Shown piece by piece: positions 29,315 through 38,933 of a DNA stretch of 64,000 nucleotides. Within the stretch, counting starts at the first letter, position 1, and each line of letters starts with the position of its first letter. The stretch is taken from assembly GCA_965219995.1 (NCBI GenBank), contig CBDCOX010000002.1, positions 5,312,001 through 5,376,000 of the forward strand. Reading direction: 5' to 3'. The stretch is from Candidatus Latescibacterota bacterium (GTDB lineage Bacteria > Latescibacterota > UBA2968 > GCA-2709665). A model generated the notes under the pieces. It saw only the letters and a program-made list of their open reading frames with translations, did not search any database and was not told where the DNA came from. Made by a program: the position numbers and the translations under genes.

Positions 29315-29548
29315 CTACAGGCGGACTCGCCGGCCCTCGAGCAGGTCTGGACGCTCCAACAGGAAGTCGTCGTCGACCTCGGGTGCATCCTCGGCGAAGG
29401 ATCCCCAGCTCTTGCGGATTGGTTCGAGCAGCAGGCCATTGCCGTGCGGGCTGATGGCGACTTCTCGGACGCCTTGGAACTCGAGCGCCTTGGGAATGCG
29501 GACGGCTTGACTCCGACCGTTCGTGAACAGTTTGGCGGTCGCTTTCAT
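29315..29548 (-). CDS. vapB: VapB antitoxin (AbrB-type)
   Basis: AKLFTNGRSQAVRIPK signature. Confidence 0.92.
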   Translation of the reverse strand: MKATAKLFTNGRSQAVRIPKALEFQGVREVAISPHGNGLLLEPIRKSWGSFAEDAPEVDDDFLLERPDLLEGRRVRL

Positions 29549-29609
29549 GGACAATCTCCGACCACTTCGATGGTCTTGTATATCACAAGCATATGCCTGC
29601 GACAATGCG

Positions 29610-30043
29610 TACGCAGACACTGTTCACGGCGGGCAGGGAGACCTGGAACCGCGTATTGGCCGGCACCTTTCCCTCGCGCTTCATCGCCTTGAAGATCGCA
29701 TACGAGTTCTGCGCGTCCTTCGCATAACCCAGGCGCCACCCGGGCATGTCGAAGCGCACCGTCCCGTTGCCCGGGCGCAGCCGGAAGCGCCAGACGTCGT
29801 CGAGGCCGGCCGGGATCAGGCGTTCGCCTCCGGGCGGGGCGTCCGGCCGGTGCACGGTCTCGAACGCCGCGTGTCCGTTGAAGACCTGAAACGCCATCCG
29901 CGGGATTCAGAAGCGCCGGTCGAGCACCTCTCCGTCCGGAATCGCGTCGAGGTGGCCGCCAGCATGTCGGACGCCATCCGGAGCACACTTTCCGCCGATT
30001 CGAACGGAACGCTGCCCACGAGCAGGAGCTTCTCGCTGGTCAT
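29610..30043 (-). pseudogene. Frameshifted, truncated remnant of a MetE-like (cobalamin-independent methionine synthase fold) hypothetical
   Basis: LLLVGSVPFESAESV...(frameshift)...IPDGE...(stop)...LGYAKDA..SYAIF...TRFQVSLP, cut off at the vapBC promoter. Confidence 0.6.
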
Positions 30044-30048
30044 GCCTT

Positions 30049-32277
30049 CTAGGTCTCGACTCTCAGGACGATGCCGATCGTGCGCGGCCGGTTGATCACG
30101 AACCGGTCAGGACTGTTGAAGGAGCCGGTCGCCGTACGGCCGCGGCCGATCGTGGCGCGCTCGTCCCAGAGGTTGTCGACGAACAGGTCGGCGCCCCAGC
30201 CGCGCTCGTTTCTGAAGCCGATACGGAACTGGCCGATGACATAGGAGTCGACCGGAAAGCCCGTCGCGTCGTTGATGCGCTGTATGCGCGTGAACTGGTC
30301 GTCCGTGTGCTGCACGTCCAGTCGGGCGAAGCCGTCGCCGAGGCCGCCGAAGGGAAACGCGTACTCGAGGCTTGCGGACATCGTGAACTCGGGCACGTTG
30401 GGCAGGTCCGCCCCGACCACCGCGTCCGCGAGGGCGCTCGTCAGTTCGCTGTCCGCGTACCCGAAGGTGAGCCCGACGGTGAGCCGGTCGTTCGGGCGCG
30501 CGCTGAGTTGCGCTTCAAGGCCCACAACCTCCGCGTCGCCCGCGTTGCCGATGAAGTTGACCGGCCTGCCCGTCAACGGCGAGATGTCCGTCCCGTTCGA
30601 CTGGATGTCCGCCCAATCCTGGAAGTAGACCGAGCCGTTGAGGACCAGGCGGCCGTCGTACCAGCTCGTCTTGGCGCCGAGTTCGTAGCTCAGGAGCGCG
30701 TCCGACTCGAACAGCAGATCGCCCACCTGGAAGACGCTCTGCAGGTTGATGCCGCCCGAGCGGAACCCCTCGGCGATCGTGAAGTAGAAGAGCAGGTCGT
30801 CCGTTGCGCGATAGCTCAGCCGGCCCTTGAGCAGGACGTCGGAGCTCGATTCCTCGACGACGCGATAGGGCGAACTGGCCACGGTCAGGATCGAATAGAA
30901 CACCAGCTCGTCCTCGAGGGTCACTTCCTCGTCGAACCAGCGCGCGCCAACCGTCAGGCTCCAGCGGTCGTCGAGTTCCAGGTCCCCCTCGGCATACGCC
31001 GCGTACTGTTCGTAGCGGTCGGTGACGAACCGGAAGCCGATGTCCCCGGCGCCGGCGACAAAGGCGCTGTCCGGAATCGTGGGCAGACCCAGGAAGCCCA
31101 GCGTCTGGTTGAGCGCCACATGCTCCCCGGGCATGGTGGTGGCGCCGCCGGCGGCGACCTGGTCCTTGTCGCGGTAGAACGCACCGAGAATCCAGTCGAA
31201 CCGCTCGTCTCCCGCCGAGACGAGCCGGAACTCCTGGGCGACCGACTCCATCTCCGTGGTCGTGTAGAACGGGTCGCCGGTCACCGGCCCGAACGCCGAG
31301 AAGAAGGCCGTGGCGATCACCAGCCGGTCGAGGAACTCGCGGTCGAGTTGCGTCTGCGAGGTCACCGAGGTCAACTCGGCGAAACCGAGATCGACATCCA
31401 CCGTCAACGCGTAGAGCCCGAATTCGCCCTCGTGGAACCGCGGCTCGCTCGAGTCGAGTTCGAGGTCGCCGAGGCCGGAGTCGATGTTCGGGAAATCGTC
31501 TTCCTCGATCTCCGAGAGCATCGCCAGCACTTCGATGTCCACGCGCTCTCCCGGCGACGACCGGAGCAGGGCGCGCACCGACTGGGCCGAGGAGGAGTTC
31601 GCGTCTTCCTCGTCCCGCGCGATGTTGTCGACGAAGCCTTCGCGGTCGCGGAACGTCCCCACGATCCGGAGCGCGGTCGTGCCCTCGGCGATCGGGATGT
31701 TGACGACCCCCCGGCCCGCGTTGTTGAAGCCTCCGTCCTCGGTGAAGGAGCCGATGATCTCGCCCCGCGCCGAGAACTCCGAAGGGTCCGGTCGGGCCAG
31801 CGTCATGCGGATGGCGCCGCCCATGGCCCCCTCCCCGTACAGCGTTCCCTGGGGGCCCTTGAGCACCTCGATCTGCTCGAGGTCATACAGGTTGAGGTCG
31901 GGCAACTGCGAAGTCCCCTGAATGGGCACGTCGTTGAGGTACAGCCCCACGGTCGAGACCGGCGTCGTGACGCCGAAGTCCGACGCCGACACGTTGGAGA
32001 CGCCCCGGATCGCGATCCTCGTCGCACCCGCCCCCTGGTCGCGAAACGACAGGCCGGGCACCGACAGCACGTAGTCCTCGAAGCCGTCGGCACCCCGGCG
32101 TTCGAGTCCCTCCCCGGTGAACGCCTGGAGCGCCGTCGCCACGTCCTGCTCGTTCTGTGTCCGCCGCTCGGCGGTGACCACGATTTCCTCGAGGAGGGTC
32201 TCCTCGGCGGCGAGTTGCGTCGGCACCGCCAGGGTTAGCGAGGCGGCTGCCACGAAGAGATAACGTCGGTCGTTCAT
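30049..32277 (-). CDS. TonB-dependent receptor
   Basis: LEEIVVTAERR, EQIEVLKGPQGTLYGEGAMGG, C-terminal RPRTIGIVLRVET. Confidence 0.95.
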   Translation of the reverse strand: MNDRRYLFVAAASLTLAVPTQLAAEETLLEEIVVTAERRTQNEQDVATALQAFTGEGLERRGADGFEDYVLSVPGLSFRDQGAGATRIAIRGVSNVSASDFGVTTPVSTVGLYLNDVPIQGTSQLPDLNLYDLEQIEVLKGPQGTLYGEGAMGGAIRMTLARPDPSEFSARGEIIGSFTEDGGFNNAGRGVVNIPIAEGTTALRIVGTFRDREGFVDNIARDEEDANSSSAQSVRALLRSSPGERVDIEVLAMLSEIEEDDFPNIDSGLGDLELDSSEPRFHEGEFGLYALTVDVDLGFAELTSVTSQTQLDREFLDRLVIATAFFSAFGPVTGDPFYTTTEMESVAQEFRLVSAGDERFDWILGAFYRDKDQVAAGGATTMPGEHVALNQTLGFLGLPTIPDSAFVAGAGDIGFRFVTDRYEQYAAYAEGDLELDDRWSLTVGARWFDEEVTLEDELVFYSILTVASSPYRVVEESSSDVLLKGRLSYRATDDLLFYFTIAEGFRSGGINLQSVFQVGDLLFESDALLSYELGAKTSWYDGRLVLNGSVYFQDWADIQSNGTDISPLTGRPVNFIGNAGDAEVVGLEAQLSARPNDRLTVGLTFGYADSELTSALADAVVGADLPNVPEFTMSASLEYAFPFGGLGDGFARLDVQHTDDQFTRIQRINDATGFPVDSYVIGQFRIGFRNERGWGADLFVDNLWDERATIGRGRTATGSFNSPDRFVINRPRTIGIVLRVET

Positions 32278-32339
32278 TTTCCGCTCCTGCGCTCGAGACG
32301 GGGACACTCCTTGTGCGGCTACAGACGCATCCGGCGGTT

Positions 32340-32638
32340 CCTACCCCACCCGAGCCCGGTTGGCGTGGGGAGGCCAGGCTTTGCAGGCCGACATCGCGAC
32401 GCTCCACCAGATGCACAACTCGCTGCACAAGTTCTGGAGCCTCGGCAGGGAGCGGGGCGTGGAGGGTCTGATCAGCACGCACGCATGGTTTGTCGGGAAC
32501 TTCGAGCAGCACGCCAGGGGGCGCGTGGACGGCAGGAATCCGCTGTTGATCGGCCAGGACGGGTTCGAGCGCATGATGGGCATCTACGACGCGTGCATCG
32601 ACGCCCAGTTCGCCCGTTCTCACGCCAGGCTGGAGTGA
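32340..32638 (+). pseudogene. C-terminal remnant, probably of a metallo-beta-lactamase-fold hydrolase
   Basis: WGG...GVEGLISTHAW...NPLLIGQDGFERMM..DACIDAQ resembles B3-like MBL C-termini; no plausible start. Confidence 0.5.
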
Positions 32639-32681
32639 AAGCGCCCGTTGGGCGGCCCGTTGGGCGGCCCGGTCGGCGGTT

Positions 32682-34574
32682 TCAGCCGCCGTCGGACCGC
32701 GCGAACGCGAAGCCCGGGTCCTGCCCGGCAAAGGCATCCTGGATGACGCGCCCCTCGGGACGCCTCGCGGCATCCTCCAGCGGAAGCTCGAGCCGGGACC
32801 CGGACGGGCCGCCGAGAAACAGGGTGAGTACCGGAGCGGGATCGCGCTCCGGCACGTGGAGGTTGTCCCGGTCGGTGCCGGCGACAGTCAGCCGCAGGCG
32901 GCTGCCGGCGCCGATCGATACCGAGACGGGGTAGAGTTCGAGCGCGGCCGTCATGCGTTCGCCAGGGCGGACTTCGAGCAGGTCCTCCGCGGCCTGGGAG
33001 TGCCAGGCAGGTCCGGCATGGGGCCGCGGACTCGCGCTCACCTTCCGGTGCCGCAGGTTCAGCCAGCCCTCCGTGACGTACTCGGCGCGGCCATCCGGCA
33101 GGACCTGCTCGAGGGTCGTGTGGAGAGCGCCGTCGGATGCCGTCGTGGCAAGTTCCAGGAAGAGCGTCGGCGAACCGGTGACCTCCATGGCCGCTTCCAG
33201 CGCCGGCGTCGTGAAGGTCGCGCAGCGTAGCGCCCTCGCCGCAAGCCCGGGGTGGCGGATGTACTCGTCGTGCAGCATGAAGCGCATGCGCCCCAGGCTG
33301 CCGAGCCCCGTCTCGTAGTCCACCCGGTACTCGGCCGTCGTCTCGGGGCCCGCGTTCCGCTCCAGGCCGCCGTCGAGAGCGGAGTCCAGGGTGCCGCTGG
33401 CGGTGTCGTTCAGGAACCAGGAGTCGGTTTCGACCTCCGGTACCGGCCAGCGCTCGGCGCCCTTCCAGACGCTCCGGCCCTCGAGGTCCGCCGTCGCGAA
33501 GATCACCCCGGGCTCGTCGGCGATGCCGTTGTCGATGCCCTTGAGCCAGTAGTCGAACCAGCGCAGCGGCTCCATGGTCGGCAGCACGCCGTGGTTCCAG
33601 GGGCCGACGATGATCCGCTTCGGACCGGTGAGCGCCTCGTAGAGGTCCAGGCACTCGCCCGGGAAGGTCATGTCCCACCAGCCGGTCTGCAGGTAGACGG
33701 CGGCACCGGAGCGGCTGATCCGTTCGAACTCGTCGAAGACGTCGCGCAAGGGGCCGAGTTCGGGGAACGGCGGCGGCGGCGCTCCCTCGGACATCGTGGC
33801 GACGTAGGCATCGCTGGTCATGTGCTCGAGCATGCCCGCATCGTCGGAGTCCACATACGTCGGTGCGCGCCCGGCAAGCGCTTCGGCGAACAGGCGTTCG
33901 CCGTCCGGGCCGTCCACCGGCGCCGCCACGTCCGTCCCGTCCTGGCCCTTGCGCATCTCCGACCAGTCGCGGGCGAACCCGGACATCGCGAGGCCGCCGT
34001 CGACGATGGCGTTGAGCATCGACGGCGGGATCTGCGGGACGATGCAGGCGAGATGCCGGGGCTGGAAGACGGCCGTCGCGAGCTGGATGACCCCTTCCCA
34101 GGAACCGCCGATCATCCCCACCCTGTCCGTCGCCCACTCCTGCTGCGCGATCCAGTCCACGACCTGCGCGACGTCGGCCGCGTTGCGCCAGGTCTGCATG
34201 GCGTTGGCGCCGAAGGACGCGCCCGTGCCGCGGAAGTCCACGCTGACCACGTTGTATCCGTACCGGATGACCTGCTGGCACGCCGGGCGCTGTTCGTAGG
34301 CCGTCACCAGCGCGCCGACCGGGAGATGCGCGGTCAACTGCGCGTACTTCGGGGCGTTGAACTCGTTCTCCTTCTTGTAGTACGCACGCCGGTAGCCGGT
34401 CGCCCGCACCACCGTCGGCAGCGGGCCGTCGAGCAGTTCCCCATCGCGGGTGGGACGCAGGATGTCCACGGCGATCCGGCAACCGTCGTCGACCGGAACG
34501 TGCACCGAAGAACGGGCGTACCCGTTCGCGACTTCGCTGGAATAGCCTTCGTAGACGTTGATCGTGGATTTCAT
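32682..34574 (-). CDS. CocE/NonD family hydrolase (no signal peptide)
   Basis: DFRGTGASFG, GGSWEG, GWWD, GPWNH, WFDYWLKG, PepX_C-like C-terminus. Confidence 0.9.
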   Translation of the reverse strand: MKSTINVYEGYSSEVANGYARSSVHVPVDDGCRIAVDILRPTRDGELLDGPLPTVVRATGYRRAYYKKENEFNAPKYAQLTAHLPVGALVTAYEQRPACQQVIRYGYNVVSVDFRGTGASFGANAMQTWRNAADVAQVVDWIAQQEWATDRVGMIGGSWEGVIQLATAVFQPRHLACIVPQIPPSMLNAIVDGGLAMSGFARDWSEMRKGQDGTDVAAPVDGPDGERLFAEALAGRAPTYVDSDDAGMLEHMTSDAYVATMSEGAPPPPFPELGPLRDVFDEFERISRSGAAVYLQTGWWDMTFPGECLDLYEALTGPKRIIVGPWNHGVLPTMEPLRWFDYWLKGIDNGIADEPGVIFATADLEGRSVWKGAERWPVPEVETDSWFLNDTASGTLDSALDGGLERNAGPETTAEYRVDYETGLGSLGRMRFMLHDEYIRHPGLAARALRCATFTTPALEAAMEVTGSPTLFLELATTASDGALHTTLEQVLPDGRAEYVTEGWLNLRHRKVSASPRPHAGPAWHSQAAEDLLEVRPGERMTAALELYPVSVSIGAGSRLRLTVAGTDRDNLHVPERDPAPVLTLFLGGPSGSRLELPLEDAARRPEGRVIQDAFAGQDPGFAFARSDGG

Positions 34575-34625
34575 GCTTCAGGCTCGTGCGGTTCAGTTCG
34601 ACGCGTATGGTATGCGACTGCTGGT

Positions 34626-35969
34626 TCAGCCGGCTGCTTTCTCCCAGAGTCTCCGGATGGGCACGGCGTAGAGCCCGTCCCCAAAGCTCAGGGAAAGCTC
34701 CCCGTCGTAGAGCACTACACCGCCGGCGAAGCGGGTGCCGGCCGTTCTCGCGAGCTTGCGCAAGCCGTTGAAGTCGCTCCCCTTCACCGTGGCGCCCGCC
34801 TTCACCTCCACGCCCGCCACGGCGTTGCCGCGCTCGACCACGATGTCCACTTCCACCTTGTCCTTGTCGCGGTAGTGGTAGAGGGCCACACGCTCGTCCA
34901 GCCAACTTGCCTGCCGGCGGATTTCCTGGAACACGAAGGTCTCGAGCAGGGGTCCCAGCATTGACCCATCGTTCGTCAATCCCTGCGCGTCGACGCTGAG
35001 CAACGAGCAGGCGACGCCCGTATCCCCCATGTGCAGCTTCGGCGTCTTGATCAAGCGACTCGCCCGGTTGCTGTGCCAGGGGGGCAGCCGCTCGAGCAGG
35101 AAAATGCGCTCGAGCAGACTGAGGTAGTCGTTGATGGTCGGTCTGCTCACCTGAAACGGCGATGCGAGGTCCGACACGTTCAACAACCGTGCGGACTGGC
35201 TCGCCGCCAGTCCGAGCAGCCGGGGCAAGGCTTCCAGGGCGGCGATGCGTGCCAGGCTCCGAACGTCCCGCTGTACCAGCGCCTCGATGTAGTCGCGGTA
35301 CCAGTTCGCGCGCCGCCGCGCGGTGGGGCGCGCCAGTGCCGCCGGGTAGCCGCCGGCGACGATGCGCTCGGCGAGTCGGGCGCCCAGCCGATCGGTTCGC
35401 TGCAATCCGAACTCCCCGCCGAACAGCTTGTCGAGAAAGTCATGCCCGGCGCCCGAACCAGCGGGTTCCGCGGCCTGGAGCTCGCTCTGTGACAGGGGAT
35501 GCAATCGCACGATCTGCATGCGGCCGGCCAACGAGTCCGCAAGGCGGGGAAGCAGCAGGACGTTGGTGGAACCGGCCAACAGGAACCGGCCGGGAACCCG
35601 GCGGCGGTCCACCTCCAGTTTCAGGGTACCGAAGAGCTCCGGCACGTGCTGCACTTCGTCGAGGATGACGCGTTCGGGCAGATTCGCGACGAAGCCCATG
35701 GGATCCGCATCCGCCGATGCGCGGATGCCTGTATCGTCAAAGCTGAGGTACTGGTACTCGCGCCCTGGCGGCTCGATGGGCGTGTCTGTCCGGTCTTCCG
35801 TTTCGGATGCCTCGAGACGCGGGGACAGGGTCGCCGGGGCACACACCATTTGCGCGAGCGTCGTCTTGCCGCATTGGCGCGGGCCATGAATCAGGACGAC
35901 CGGCGAGTCTTCGAGCGCCTCGACGAGTTGGCGTTCTGCACGGCGCGGATGGAGTGGGGCCCGATCCAT
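34626..35969 (-). CDS. AAA+ ATPase (AAA_14) with DUF4143 C-terminal domain
   Basis: GPRQCGKTT Walker A, ILDEVQ Walker B, GGYP, KTPKLHMGDTG, YRDKDKVEVDIVVE...VEVK nuclease-like tail. Confidence 0.92.
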   Translation of the reverse strand: MDRAPLHPRRAERQLVEALEDSPVVLIHGPRQCGKTTLAQMVCAPATLSPRLEASETEDRTDTPIEPPGREYQYLSFDDTGIRASADADPMGFVANLPERVILDEVQHVPELFGTLKLEVDRRRVPGRFLLAGSTNVLLLPRLADSLAGRMQIVRLHPLSQSELQAAEPAGSGAGHDFLDKLFGGEFGLQRTDRLGARLAERIVAGGYPAALARPTARRRANWYRDYIEALVQRDVRSLARIAALEALPRLLGLAASQSARLLNVSDLASPFQVSRPTINDYLSLLERIFLLERLPPWHSNRASRLIKTPKLHMGDTGVACSLLSVDAQGLTNDGSMLGPLLETFVFQEIRRQASWLDERVALYHYRDKDKVEVDIVVERGNAVAGVEVKAGATVKGSDFNGLRKLARTAGTRFAGGVVLYDGELSLSFGDGLYAVPIRRLWEKAAG

Positions 35970-35991
35970 CGGCTATTTGTAACATTGTAAT

Positions 35992-36049
35992 CGTCCGATT
36001 GAAAGGTTTACCCCCGTCCAATTGAAACATTCCCATCGTCTGATTGAAA
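35992..36049. repeat. Three 13-bp direct repeats (CGTCYRATTGAAA), 22-23 bp period, upstream of the DUF4143 ATPase
   Basis: CGTCCGATTGAAA (35992), CGTCCAATTGAAA (36015), CGTCTGATTGAAA (36037). Confidence 0.85.
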
Positions 36050-36057
36050 TCTCATCT

Positions 36058-36084
36058 GGCGGGGACCCCAATCGGGGTCCCGCC
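36058..36084. terminator. GC-rich hairpin downstream of the amidohydrolase gene
   Basis: GGCGGGGACCCC-AATC-GGGGTCCCGCC. Confidence 0.55.
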
Positions 36085-36112
36085 GACGTACTCCCTCTTC
36101 CCGCCTCGACCG

Positions 36113-37345
36113 TCAGCCCAGTTCATTGCGGATGAAGGCACCCTCCTTCATGACCACGGGCATCTCGGCCCGGTAGCGCTCGAAGATGCTGATGTCGTCC
36201 AGCGGATTCCCGTTCAGGACCAGGAGGTCGGCGAAGTAGCCGGGCGCGACCCGCCCGAGATCGTCGCCGCGCTGGGCGATCTCGGCGTTCACCGAGGTCG
36301 CGGAGCGCAGGATGTCGATGGGCCTGTCCACCTCGGACCGGTAGCGCATCTCGCTCGCCTGCATCTCGTGGAACTCCGTGCCGAAGAGGTCCGTGCCCAT
36401 GCCGATCTTCACGCCGGCGCGCCGGCACGACTCGATGGAGGCCAGGGCGACATCCAGCATGTCGCCTACCTTGTCGATGCTCTCCTGGGGCATGCCCGCC
36501 TCGGCGCCGCTTTCCAGGATTTCATGCACGACAGCGAGGGTCGGCACGGTACAGGAACCGGCCTCCGCGATCAGGCGCGCCGTCTCGTCGGTGACGTGGG
36601 TCGCGTGATCGATGGAGCGGATACCGGTCTCCACGCAGCGCCGCGCCCCGTCGTCGGTGTGGCAGTGGGCGATCACGTACTTGCGCCGGGTGGCCGCTTC
36701 CTCCACGGCGGCGAGCAGTTCGTCGTTGGTGAACTGGGGCATCCAGATGGGATCGGTGGGAGAGGCAACGCCCCCGGAGATGAACACCTTGATGTGATCC
36801 GCGCCCTTGCGCAGTTCATCCCGGGCGACCTTGCGCACTTCGTCCACCCCGTCCACCACCTGGCAGATCACCCCGGAATAGGCGCAGTTGCAGGGTTCCA
36901 CCTGCACGCCAACGCGCATGTCGCCATGGCCGCCGGTCTGGGAGAGCGCCTTGCCGCCGTACAGAACCCTCGGGCCGCGTACCAGGCCGTGCTCGACCGC
37001 CAGGTACAGGCCTACATCGCCGCCGCCCGGGTCGCGCACCGTGGTGAAGCCCCGCTGCGCGGCATCTTCGAGATGCTTGAAGGCGTAGCTGACCAGAAAC
37101 GGCTTGGGCATGCGGTCGAGCGCCTGCATGTCGAAGGTGGGCGAATAGGCGTGGAAGTGCAGGTCGAGCAGACCCGGCATCAGGAAGCGGCCGCCGCAGT
37201 CGATGACGGTCGCGCCGTCCAGCGAGAGCGGCCGGTCGGAGACTTCGCGAATGCGGTCGTCCTCGACGGCGACGTGCATGCCGCCCTCGACCGTCTCGTT
37301 CACGCCGTCGAACAGTTCGCAGTTGGCCAGTACGTACAGACTCAT
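36113..37345 (-). CDS. Metal-dependent amidohydrolase (Xaa-Pro dipeptidase-like subgroup)
   Basis: PGLLDLHFH, GFTTVRD, TGGHGD, IKVFISGGV, AHCH, IDH, GTD, ADLLVLNGNPL. Confidence 0.92.
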   Translation of the reverse strand: MSLYVLANCELFDGVNETVEGGMHVAVEDDRIREVSDRPLSLDGATVIDCGGRFLMPGLLDLHFHAYSPTFDMQALDRMPKPFLVSYAFKHLEDAAQRGFTTVRDPGGGDVGLYLAVEHGLVRGPRVLYGGKALSQTGGHGDMRVGVQVEPCNCAYSGVICQVVDGVDEVRKVARDELRKGADHIKVFISGGVASPTDPIWMPQFTNDELLAAVEEAATRRKYVIAHCHTDDGARRCVETGIRSIDHATHVTDETARLIAEAGSCTVPTLAVVHEILESGAEAGMPQESIDKVGDMLDVALASIESCRRAGVKIGMGTDLFGTEFHEMQASEMRYRSEVDRPIDILRSATSVNAEIAQRGDDLGRVAPGYFADLLVLNGNPLDDISIFERYRAEMPVVMKEGAFIRNELG

Positions 37346-37511
37346 GGGGCTTCCTCTCAATCGCCGTGGGCGCCTTCGACAATGGACGCAACATGCCACG
37401 GGGGACCGCAGCCTTGGGGAGGCGCTTTGGGGAGGCGACAGAGGTCGTGCGTCTCATGCGTTGCTCGCGAGCTTCCGTCGGGCCACTCAGGCGCGGGACA
37501 TGCCACACACG

Positions 37512-38927
37512 ATGAAACGCTATGCGACGCTGGCGTCCGTCCTGTTCCTGGGGCTGGCCGGCGCTGCCCGGTCCGAGGCGCCCGCCTCCGCCGAGTCCTC
37601 CGTCACCGCCCTGGTCGGCGCCACCCTGATCGACGGCACCGGCGCGGCGCCGCTCGCGGATGCCGTCGTGCTCATCGAGGGAACAAAGATCACGGCAGCC
37701 GGCGCCCGCGCCGACGTACCGGTCCCGGAAGGCGCCAGCACGGTCGATGTCGCCGGCAAGTGGCTGGTGCCCGGGCTGATCGACGCCCACGTCCACTTCA
37801 TGGAATCCGGGCGCATCTACACCAAGCCGGGGCAGATCAACCTGACCCACCTGGTGCCCTACGACGAGGAAGTGGCCTGGATGCAGCAGCGCGTACCGGT
37901 CACGCTCACGTCATACCTGTGCGCCGGCGTCACCGGCGCCGTGTCGGTCGGCGGCCCGCGGTTCGAGTACGAGGTTCGCGAGCAGGCCCGCGCGCGCCCC
38001 GACGCCCCCGATGTGTACGTCGCCCACGGACCGGTCACGCTGGTGCCCGCGCAGGCCCTCTTCCCGCCGTTCGACGGCGACACGTCGGTGCGCTCGGTCA
38101 CGGACCCCGCCAGCGCCGCGGAGACCATCCGCCAGGGCGCCGAATGGAAGGCCGACCTGGTCAAGACCGGCTACCTGGGCGGACCCTTCGCCGTGTACGA
38201 ACAGGACTACGCCGCCGTGCACGAGGCGATCGTCGCCGAGTCCGCGCTGCACGGCTTGCCGGTCACCAGCCATGTCACGGAACTTGCGCCGGCACGCACC
38301 CTGATCGAACTGGGGGTCGACAGCCTGCAGCATCTGCCCCTCGACGCTCCCCTCGACGAGGCGTTCCTGGCCCTGGCAAAGGCCAGCGGGGTCGTCGTGG
38401 TGCCCACCCTCGCCGTCTGGAAGCGGAACTTCGTGGACATCTACGACCGGAGCTTCGACCTCCTGCCGATCGAGGAGCAATGCGGCGACCCGCAGGTGAT
38501 CGCTTCCTGGCACGAAGTCGACGATCTGCCGACGCCGCCGCCGGAGGTGATGGAGATGTTCGGAGCGAGCATCACCGTCGCGTCAGCGAACACCGGGCTC
38601 CTCCTCGATGCCGGCGTGCCGCTCGCGGCGGGGTCCGACACCGGCAACCTCGGGCTGCTGCACGGCGCTTCCCTGCACTATGAGCTGAAGCTCATGGGCG
38701 ACGCCGGGGTACCGCCCGCGGAGCTGATCGTCGCCGCGACCCTGAACGCCGCGACGGTTGCCGGACAGGCGCACCGGGTCGGCTCCATCGAGCCCGGCAA
38801 GCAGGCGGACGTGCTCGTCCTCGACGCCGACCCGCTGGCGGACATCGGCAACCTGCAGGCGATCGACCGGGTCATGAAGAGCGGCGCCCTGTTCGACCAC
38901 GCGACATTGCTGCCGCCCGCGGGGTAA
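37512..38927 (+). CDS. Secreted amidohydrolase family protein
   Basis: Signal peptide, PGLIDAHVH, GSDTG, GSIEPGKQADVLVLDADPL. Confidence 0.92.
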   Translation: MKRYATLASVLFLGLAGAARSEAPASAESSVTALVGATLIDGTGAAPLADAVVLIEGTKITAAGARADVPVPEGASTVDVAGKWLVPGLIDAHVHFMESGRIYTKPGQINLTHLVPYDEEVAWMQQRVPVTLTSYLCAGVTGAVSVGGPRFEYEVREQARARPDAPDVYVAHGPVTLVPAQALFPPFDGDTSVRSVTDPASAAETIRQGAEWKADLVKTGYLGGPFAVYEQDYAAVHEAIVAESALHGLPVTSHVTELAPARTLIELGVDSLQHLPLDAPLDEAFLALAKASGVVVVPTLAVWKRNFVDIYDRSFDLLPIEEQCGDPQVIASWHEVDDLPTPPPEVMEMFGASITVASANTGLLLDAGVPLAAGSDTGNLGLLHGASLHYELKLMGDAGVPPAELIVAATLNAATVAGQAHRVGSIEPGKQADVLVLDADPLADIGNLQAIDRVMKSGALFDHATLLPPAG

Positions 38928-38933
38928 CCGTCC

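Noticed and set aside
32643-32680. Short GCCCGTTGGGCG tandem repeat between convergent genes
   Set aside because: Only 2-3 short GC-rich units; probably slippage or terminator-related and not informative
35992-36049. CRISPR array (repeats ending ATTGAAAN)
   Set aside because: Repeats are 13 bp with 9-10 bp gaps, there are only three units, and no cas genes are in the window
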